Position numbers and translations under genes: made by a program. Below are positions 54,268 to 64,000 of a DNA stretch of 64,000 bases, in pieces (positions within the stretch are counted from its first letter, which is position 1; each line of letters begins with the position of its first letter). This DNA comes from Octopus vulgaris (taxonomy: Eukaryota), in contig OX597828.1 of the NCBI GenBank assembly GCA_951406725.2, positions 5,332,001 through 5,396,000 of the forward strand, given 5' to 3'. The notes beneath the pieces are model-generated. The model was not told where the DNA came from. It made no database searches and saw nothing but the letters and a program-made list of their open reading frames with translations.

Positions 54268-55412
54268 CATCAGGTCATTAAGAATTAAGTGTCCGATTTT
54301 CTTATGCACCAAGTTTGACAGTCCTTAACTCTAATGTTTTATCCTAAAAACTCTTTGTTTTACAAAATTGAAGAGTTACATCATCACTTTTCGAAATGTA
54401 ATTCATAGTATCTGATTACATTGTGAGTTATTTTCTCTTGTAATTCAATTTTGTGAACCCATAGATAAATTTAAAAAAATCATGTTGCTTATCAATATGA
54501 GTTCCGTCCTGGAATCAATGCATCGTAGACAGCACGAAAGAAGATGTGACAAATTAGCGCACTGTACTACGATGATACGAGGTGTTCCGGTCTGGTGACT
54601 TTGCTGTTGAAAATCAGGCCTGTGATCGACCTGAGACCTAGGTGGATGTTGAAGCGGATAGAGTTAACAGGAAGGTTTGATGCTTCGATTCCATCTCTAA
54701 TCGACTATCTGAACCAAATCGGCAAGGTTAAGAATCCATTTTTCATCACAAGTAACAATACGATGCCTAATATGTAACAAAACGATGCAAGGTAAAGAAG
54801 CTGGGCAAGTGGGTACCACACAAACTGAACAAGTATCAAATGACATGTCGTTTTGAAACTAGCTGTTCTTTGCTGTCACGGCATAAACGCGAAACATATT
54901 TGCATCGTATTGTTACGTGTGAGGAAAAATGGATTCATTTTAACAATAGTAAGCGTTCTGCACAGTGGTTGGATGGAGACGTAGTACCAAAAAACAATCT
55001 TAAAAAGAATATTCACAAAAAGGAGCTAATGATCTATCTGGTGGTCCTGTGCTGGTGTCATAAACTACAGCTTCATGAGACCTAGTAAGTCAATTATAGT
55101 GGATGTATACATCAACAGATTGAATGAAATGATGAGTGAACTTGGAATTAAATAAACCGAGATTGGGCAATAGAGACAGGCCAATTCTTTTGCAAGACAA
55201 TGCTCGACCACATGTTGTAGAGAGAACGCTACTCAAGTTACAGTGACTGAACTTGGAAGTAGTCTGTCATTCCCCATATTCACCAGACCTTGCTTCAACT
55301 AACTATCACGTTTTCCAGGCATTAGTCAACTTTTTGCAGGGAAGAAACTTCAAATCTGAAGATGCTAAACCTGCCTTTCGTGATTTTATCGCCTCTTGCT
55401 CTCCAGAATTTC
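54268..55412 (+). mobile_element. decayed mariner transposon (Hsmar1/cecropia-like motifs)
   Basis: FRSGDFAVEN, GKWVPHKL, LHRIVTCEEKWIHFNN, LQDNARPHV, HSPYSPDLASTNYHVFQALVNFLQG; frameshifts and stops. Confidence 0.9.
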
Positions 55413-55657
55413 TTAGATGTTTTACGTGTTTATGGGTCTGCTATAATGAATCCATAAACACATATAAAACATTCAAGAGTATATCATTTTCCCTCTGAAG
55501 ATATAATCAGGTCATATAAATTTAATATTTGCATAATATTTACTGAGTATTAATTTAAACAGCTGTAAGTGTTAATGATTAATTAGCTGTTAATAATAAA
55601 CAATTATTAAGTTCCCAATCTCCACTTTCTTTTTCTTCTTGTATATGAATATGAACT

Positions 55658-55755
<98 letters not shown>

Positions 55756-56215
55756 TGTACGTGATCGCCATAACTTTCGCAATACATATTACAATCGCCG
55801 GGACTCGAGGGTTCCGTACAAGATTCCTTATGGTTTTACCACTGGTGTATTTTAATATCTTAGCAAGTATCTTTTTCTCGTTTCAGCCCCCAGACTTCGG
55901 CCATGCTGGTGTACCGCCTTAAATATATTGACTCATCCTTAACATTTCGCGAACACAAAGAGATATTATTGATTTTGTTTGGATCACAAATTTTAAGAAG
56001 GTTTTGAATATTTTGAATATTTGGCAATAGGTACTGATTTTATTTCGCGGTCATTTTGGATCTTCACGAATATGATAACAAACATTAGTACTGAAATCAA
56101 TACAACCGTTTCCAGTGAATGCCATGTTACATTTACTTTTCAGATATATGTAGTGTGATTTGAGGCAGATTTTGCTGGTATAACTAGGAGGTCGAAAGAT
56201 CATAGAACGGCTCAC

Positions 56216-56276
<61 letters not shown>

Positions 56277-56620
56277 CAGCAGTAGTAGTTACTCTTAGAT
56301 CAGCACACTGAGCAGAGGTATGAGGAATTGTGCTAGTTCCAGTATCGTAGTTTCATAAGATAACGATATATTGTTATTTAAGAAATTCGGCAACTATTTC
56401 TAGCAGGTCCTCTGACCGTGTAGTCTGACATCCATTTGTATTTTTCGTGCTTTTATTTCTTCTGTATACATGTGATCGTATGAGTGTAGTATTGATGATT
56501 ATTATACGCTTGAATTTTTTTATAATACATCCGTGTTTGATTAATCCTTAGTTATAGAAACATCAAATTGTGCCAGAATGATGTCTTCAAGGCATAAACT
56601 CTGAAGAAATTATTTCGAGT

Positions 56621-56646
56621 ATTTTCTTTTTTATCTGTAGGTAAGT
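56621..56646 (+). promoter_or_regulatory. candidate recursive splice site (3'ss fused to 5'ss)
   Basis: attttcttttttatctgTAG|GTAAGT. Confidence 0.4.
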
Positions 56647-57347
56647 TCAGAAGCAGTTTGACATTCCTCAAGAAATATATTAAAATTTCTGTAATAGTTC
56701 TTATTCAATTTAATCCAAATAAAAATTTGACATTTCTTACTCAAGTTTGCTCTTCATTTCAAAATAACATGGATTGCAACATTTCGCTAAGGGAGATTCG
56801 TGCTGCATCTTAGCAAATTTTGTGTCAGTTAATTAAGTGTTATTCAACAGTTTATTTAAAGCTAAAATACAGAGCACGTAGAAATTCATGATGCCTTGAT
56901 CCGGCATGAATTAACCCACACAATTGTTCGAAAATATTAAAAGCCGCGGGCGAGATTAATGTAAAGCCTCATTTGTAGAATACGTCTAGAAATATATAAT
57001 GTATAGAAAAAGCGTGTTATTTTCGTTGCAAACATTTTGCAGTACCCATATTTTCTCACCATTTTCTTTGCGGTTATACTGCGTCGACTGCACAAGAATA
57101 TATGTTCCTGAAAAAACTGACAAACTTTATTAACAATCAGACTAGGCGCTGTTTCCTCTGTTGTAAAATTTACAATTGTTTACATGATTGCTTCATTCTA
57201 TATAATGATGTTTCATTCTCAATAATGATGTTTGATTCTTAATAATGATGTTAGCCTTGGTTGAAAAAGGATATTTTATGCATAAAGGACTCTCATTGCA
57301 GTCATCTAAGGTGACCAAGATGGTCTAATGCATACTTTGACTACATA

Positions 57348-57505
57348 CTGGTTTCAAATTTTGGCACAAGGCCAGCATGTTCATGGGAGTGGGTAAGTGG
57401 ATTGCATTGACTCCAGTGTTTGCTTATTTTATGGAGCTCGAAAGGATGAAAGACAAAGTCGTCTTCGGTGGTATTTCAACTCAGAACGCAAAGACAGACA
57501 AAATA
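57348..57505 (-). mobile_element. family A SINE fragment
   Basis: gaaaggatgaaagacaaagtcgtcttcggtggtatttcaactcagaacg. Confidence 0.65.
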
Positions 57506-57912
57506 CCAATTGTCCAGCTTCATTGCAACGTAATCATATTTACTATTTTCCGCACATCTATTGTTTCACAAGTCTGTGGTACATGTAATGACTTTAGACA
57601 GACGTATATTTACAGATAGGCTGCACCCTAATATAATAGACGTATATTTCTTAAAATGTCAACGGTCGCAAATAATGTAAAAATTAACATTTTGTTGATC
57701 ATTGTTACCGTACATAGAGGTTTGGGAGTAGGATTAAATTTGGATTTAATTGAAACTGTAAAACTGACTATTATTACTATTATATTTAGCTATTACTTTA
57801 CATTAGCGATCTTAATATTCGTTAAAGGAATTATTTCCTAGGTATTGCTACGACCATTCTATAACAACTTATATTTACTTTTTACTTGACAAACGCTATA
57901 TATATATGTATA

Positions 57913-57986
<74 letters not shown>

Positions 57987-59826
57987 CATGTATCTACGCT
58001 TGTGACTTGATGACTTGATAAAATTTCAACTCATTGCAATCGTCGTCATGAGAATTGTTTTGTTTCACCTTCCCGTTTTTCAGTATAGTGTTACATATAG
58101 ACTGTAGACTGATATTTAGTGTGGCTGGTTTTTGCAGTTGAGGAAACCTAAATAACGGGGGGGGGGATTCATTCGAACTAAAAATATATTCTATATATTC
58201 TACACAAGATAGTGAATACTTCGTTTACTATTCTCAGCCAAGCAAAATCTTTGGAATATGTAATGTGTGCTGCACCATTGTTTGTGTGTATATGTTTGAA
58301 TACACTTACTTTATTACGTCTACATTTAATATTGAAGATTTCCTATTTAATTTATATCTACGGTGAGCTTGATCCTGTATTGTTGAGGATTTTGGCATGG
58401 TATAATTGAATAAAGTAATTAACTGTTTCTCATTATTCAAGAAACACCTTAATTGTCGACCATAAATGTAGGAATATAGAAAAATGATGCAAAGCAGAAA
58501 AAATCAAGCCATTACACATCATGATGTGATTAAGTAAAGAGAACACGCCTCACGTTTACGTATGCATAATCACGATCATAAATTATGTGCTTTGTTTTTC
58601 ATTTATTCTCAGTCGAATCTAAGTATAGCTTTTGTCTTAAACACGTGTGAGGTTTCAGCATTGACATTGCACTAACGTTAAAGAGAAAGTGCATTACAAT
58701 AATGTAAATTGCAGCCATTTCTAGTAACCCTTGTATTTTGCAGAATAACACTATTCAGCACTTATTCAGCTTATCCTGAATAGGGAAAATGCGTAGCCGA
58801 GATGCTTATGCATACAATGGCGCATTAAAAGACACATTCTTAATCGATATTAAGAATTTGTGAGTCGCCTACGGAGCACCACTACTATTCATGTGCACGA
58901 AAATATGAAACGGAATAATGTATGATATAGAACCCACATCTCATTAGAGTTTGTTGAAATATTGCCAGTATTTTCTTGAACATTACAAATAATTGTTGTA
59001 TAAACCATATGTTTCGAAAGAGGCTTTATAGATATAACCTTAAGAGAAAATGTAATTCGTGAAAAAGAGGGCTTATTGTATAGACAGTGAAGAAAATAAA
59101 AAAAAAATAAGAAAATTAAAATACGCTACCTATGCAATTACATTAACCCAAATATATACCCTCAAATGATATGTGCCTTTTCTAAATTAAATGTGGGTCT
59201 AGCTAAAATCTCCTTTCATATAACAGATAATTTGCATGGGATTATATAAATGTTAATACATTGAGGAAGCCTTAAGAGATTAATCTAACAAGGGAATTTA
59301 GATGAGAACTACCTCATTTATTTGAACTGAAAGAGATTTGCTTACACAAGTATATATTTATACACAAACACAACTCCTCCTTATATATATATATATATAT
59401 ACCTATATAATAAAGCTCAACCTCTGTGTGTCTGTATATCTATAGGACGAAATGGAATAGAAAAAGCATAAAAACAAAGTATGTGTTCTCATGTAACATT
59501 TCCCAAGATAGACGATGAGCTACATAAAATTTAATTTCCATTGCGATTACGGGACTTAAAGGGGGCAAACACACACGATGACATTTCAAATCAGATTTCG
59601 ATGAAAATAACAACATAAATACAAGGTACTAAATAAAGACGATTTCCATAATGTCACCATCTTACAAGTTAACCCACACCTAATAGCGTTTATAACACGG
59701 GACAGAGCCCCCTTGAAAGTGCAAATACACATACTTCTCATAGAAGATACATAACATTTAAGTATGTGTTCTTGGAATATATGTACTACGAAACTTCAAC
59801 AGTGCTTATCTCATGTAAATATGTAC

Positions 59827-59882
<56 letters not shown>

Positions 59883-59914
59883 ATTTAGGAATGGTCATTT
59901 GACAGTTTAGCCAA

Positions 59915-60140
59915 TGGCGAGCTGGCAGAAACGTTAGCACGCCGGGCGAAATGCGTAACCGTATTTCGTCTACCGCTACCTTGTGAGTTCAAGTTCCGCC
60001 GAGGTCGACTTTACCTTCCATCCTTTCGGGGTCGATAAATTAAGTACCAGTTACGCACTGGGGTCGATGTAATCGACTTAGTCCCTTTGTCTGTCCTTGT
60101 TTGTCCCCTCTATGTTTAGCCCCTTGTGGGCAATAAAGAA
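59915..60140 (+). mobile_element. family A SINE, young full copy
   Basis: tggcgagctggcagaaacgttagcacgccgggcgaaatgc...cctttcggggtcgataaattaagtaccagtt...tgtgggcaataaagaaa. Confidence 0.85.
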
Positions 60141-60329
60141 AATATATATATATATATATATATATATACGACTGACTTCTTTTAGTTTCCCCCAACCAAA
60201 TCCACTCACAAAGCTTTCGTCTGCCCAAGGTTGTAATAGAAGATATTTGCCCATGTAGTGGGAATGAACATCAGAACCATGTGGCTGGGAAGCAAGCTTC
60301 AAATCACGCAACCATTCATAGATTGATAA

Positions 60330-60374
<45 letters not shown>

Positions 60375-60414
60375 TAAATAGATAAATAGATAGATAGATA
60401 AATAGATAGATAGG

Positions 60415-60460
<46 letters not shown>

Positions 60461-60676
60461 CATAGATATTGGTTTCAGATTTTGTCACAACGCTGGCATG
60501 TTGTGGAGGAACGGGTGAGTTGATTACGTAGACCTGGTACCTCTAGTGGACTTCTATATACACCGAAAAGGTTGAAAGATGAAGAGGAATTCATTGAAAT
60601 TTGAACTCAAAACGTATAGAGGAAATGCGACAAAGCATCTTGTTTGGTGTGTATATTTATATATATGTATATACAC

Positions 60677-60708
<32 letters not shown>

Positions 60709-60714
60709 ATACAT

Positions 60715-60747
<33 letters not shown>

Positions 60748-60755
60748 CATATAAA

Positions 60756-60965
60756 GTTAATCCAAACAAGAAAGCACCAAAAAACACAACAACGCTAGGA
60801 CGTGGAACAAATATAGTATTATTGGACGCTTAGGAAGGAAGGAAGGAAAGAAGGAGGGTCTAACGTTTCGAGCGGAGCTCTTCGTCGGAAACATAGGAGA
60901 AGCAAAGATCCAGAGAAGGGAAGACAGAGGAAAAAAAATCGCCATCGGTACACACGAGGTCACAA
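60756..60965 (-). mobile_element. ~200-bp pLTR-like module with mini-HHR (60858-60892, minus)
   Basis: Third copy of the 12676 family; the stem I change gives a G-U pair. Confidence 0.7.
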
Positions 60966-61991
60966 TTTGAAAGCATATACATATACATATATACACACGA
61001 CGGTTTTCTCACAGTTTCCTTTTGCCAAATTCAATCCCAAACCTTTCTTTAAAGGGGCTATAGTAGAAGACGAAACTTGTCCAAGATACCACGCAGTGGC
61101 ACTAAGTCCGGAATCCTGTGGTGTGGAAGCAAGATTCTTACCACAAATCCACTTCTATAAAGCTGCCAGCTGGCAGAAACTTTGCACGACACTCAAGATG
61201 CTTTGTCGCATTTCCTCTATCTTTATGTTTTGAGTTCAAATTTCAATGAACTCCACTTCATCTTTCAACCTTTTCGGTGTATAAAGAAGGGCCCTAGAAG
61301 TACCAGGTCTACGTAATTGACTCACCCGTTCCTCCACAGCAGGCCAGCGTTGTGACAAAATCCGAAACCAATATCGGTGTCTGTTATCTGGATAGGCTCT
61401 ACATCTCATACTTGCTATGTGAATAAATGTATAAGAAATTATGTGTTGCTTTTATTAAAATGAAGCAAAATAGAATAAAATTTTACATGTTAGTACCCTT
61501 GGAGAAAATGTCGTTTAACTTACGCTACAGCAACCAATTCCATGTAGAAAAAACGGTAGATTAAATGATGGGAGAACCGAAAGCATGAAGTTAGAAGCCA
61601 TTACAGTGCGACGTGACAAATGTTTGTGGAAAGAGTGGACATTCTGGTGATGTGGAGTGATACACAATGGCTGAGTAAGTAGCATTACTGCAGACAATAA
61701 TGAATCTGATAAGGAAGAGAATGATGATGGGAAGCAGGATGGCCATGATCACCATTACAATTATATCGCGTGTCGACAAACGCTTCGGTATATATTATAT
61801 AGCTCATTTTGTCATGTATAGTATTGCTTTGTAGATCGATGAATTCATTCTCGCTTTCCACACCCCGCCAACCGTCTACACTTTCATGCGAACGCCTCAT
61901 GAAAGCAGCAAAATCTATATTACAATCAGTTTGGAAGTAGTGTAACGAACAGTTCTTTCACGTTCCGAAAACAATAACTTATTCCAACACA

Positions 61992-62058
<67 letters not shown>

Positions 62059-62385
62059 ACACACATACACACACATATGTATCTATGTGTGTATGTACGT
62101 ATGTATATACTATGTAGTTATGTATGTTTGTATGTATGTTTTTAAGCTTCTGTTTATCTTTGAAAGTTGTTATCAGGTGGAAGTGAAACTGAACTGAAAA
62201 TCTTGTTATAAAATAAAACAGCCATTCAAAAGATCTATGTTCCACAAGTATGCATGTATTACAGTAAATCTGCCGTGTCACCAGTCTTGGTCTAAAGTCA
62301 GAGTTCTACAGTAAGCCTACATTTTTCAGCCGTGTCTAGATTATAAGGTCGTCCTTATAATGTCGCCGGTGAACAGACCAAACTG

Positions 62386-62481
<96 letters not shown>

Positions 62482-62519
62482 GTCTGTCTGTCTGTCTGTC
62501 TGTCTGTTTATCAATCTAG

Positions 62520-62666
62520 GAATGGCTGCGTGGTTTGAAGCTTGCTTCTCAACCACATGGTTCGGAGTTCATTCCCACTGCATGGGCAAATATCTTCTAT
62601 TATAACCTTGGGCAGACGAAAGCTTTGTGAGTAGATTTGGTTGGGGGAAACTAAAAGAAGTCAGTC

Positions 62667-62751
<85 letters not shown>

Positions 62752-63000
62752 TGTATGGATGTATGTATGTATGTATGTATGTATGTATGTATGTATGTAT
62801 GTATTTGTGTTTGTCTCTCCACCATCTCTTGACAAACGACTACAGTGTGTTTCGTTCCTTTAACTTAGAGGTTCGGCAAAAGATACTGATTGAATAAGTA
62901 CTGAGGTTACAAGGTATATGTTCTGGGGCCTATTTTTTCGACTAAAAAAGCGGTGCACCAGCATGGCCGCAGTTAAATGACTGAAACAAGTAAAATAATA
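62520..63000 (+). mobile_element. family B SINE
   Basis: Head ggaatggctgcgtggtttgaagcttgc; tail ccagcatggccgcagttaaatgactgaaacaagtaaaa; an inverted head fragment follows at 63046-63168. Confidence 0.75.
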
Positions 63001-64000
63001 AAAGAATGTATATATATGTATGTATATATACATACACATACATACCACGGGCTTCTTGCTGTTTCCATCTACCAAATTAATTTACAAGACTCTTGAGCAA
63101 GGAGTCACGCAGTGGTACTGAACCTAGAACCATGTGGTTCCAAAGCTAACTTCTTACTATACAGCCAGTGCTTGAGTGTACGTTAGTGTATTCTCGTGTG
63201 TGTGTATAAAGCCCTTAGCACATAATTCTGGAAAAGAATGATTTATAATATTTTCGAGGGCTCTAAAGTATTTCCCAGAAAACTTTATCTTCTCCCTACT
63301 GAAATAAAACAAAAACCTGAATGCATCGGTGTTTAAAAAGTTTCAATTGGTATTCTTGTTTTCTCGTCTTTCGCGTTATTTGGTTTGGAAATTGTGATTT
63401 CAGTGATGGTAGCCAGGACAATGCGTATTGTTGATGTTGCAGCAAAAGTTATGAATGTATTGGTAGTGCTAAATCATTTTTCTGTATCTTGGGTATATTA
63501 TTGGTGATGATAATGCTGAAGATATCATAGGCAGTGATGTATTGTATGCTGTGGGCGAGTAGAGAAAAGAGAGAGAGAGAGGGAAGAAAGAGGGAGAGCG
63601 GAGGGAGAAAGAGAGACAGAGAAAACGAGTGCAGCATTGTTGTCAAAATAGCTGTGTTTGTTCTGGTGTGGGTGCAGATGCGCAACTGCTTGCAAGAATC
63701 TAATCTTAGGAGGCAATGCTGAATCACTCAAGCTGGAACGTCAATTAATCAATTAATTAATGGTACATTTCATATCTTAATTAGACTAACTTAGATAAGA
63801 GGTATAATAAAAACTAAATATTCACTGAATAGCTCAGCAGCAAATTGGTTACTACTTTCACAATATCATTGAAAACAATAGTAGCAGTGATATCGGCAAT
63901 AACATGGTTATAAACAGCGGTAATAATGCCAAGAAATACCGAAAAATATCAATTACAGTAGTAAACAATCTAATGTCAGTAAGAATAAACAGTCGCTGCA

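Noticed and set aside
57181-57252. 20-bp period tandem repeat, about 3.5 copies
   Set aside because: Ordinary small minisatellite with no spacers or associated features
63449-63731. Minus-strand ORFs and an acceptor-like ctcgcccacag after a (CT)n tract
   Set aside because: Pyrimidine tract is a microsatellite; no recognisable protein or matching donor identified

Overview
AT-rich, microsatellite-saturated animal genomic DNA with no intact protein-coding gene. The tRNA-derived SINE families suggest an octopod cephalopod (inference). The window looks like a very long intron or intergenic desert. It holds three tRNA-derived SINE families (two as head-to-tail arrays), four decayed Penelope-like retroelements (PLEs), two R4/Dong-type fragments in trinucleotide repeats, mariner fossils, non-autonomous Helitron-like elements and a 169-bp solo LTR with a 5-bp TSD. 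Most ORF-track calls are microsatellite artefacts. Four signals stand out. (1) At least eight minimal hammerhead ribozyme (HHR) folds, several with non-canonical or compensated cores, mostly in short non-coding modules inserted in (TA)n. (2) A three-copy fold-back element whose palindrome arms carry mirrored copy-specific substitutions. (3) A strong AG|GTAAGT recursive-splice-like site at 56640/56641. (4) A nested local inverted duplication at 60-62.7 kb. All calls were made by eye without searches, and boundaries are approximate unless termini are quoted.
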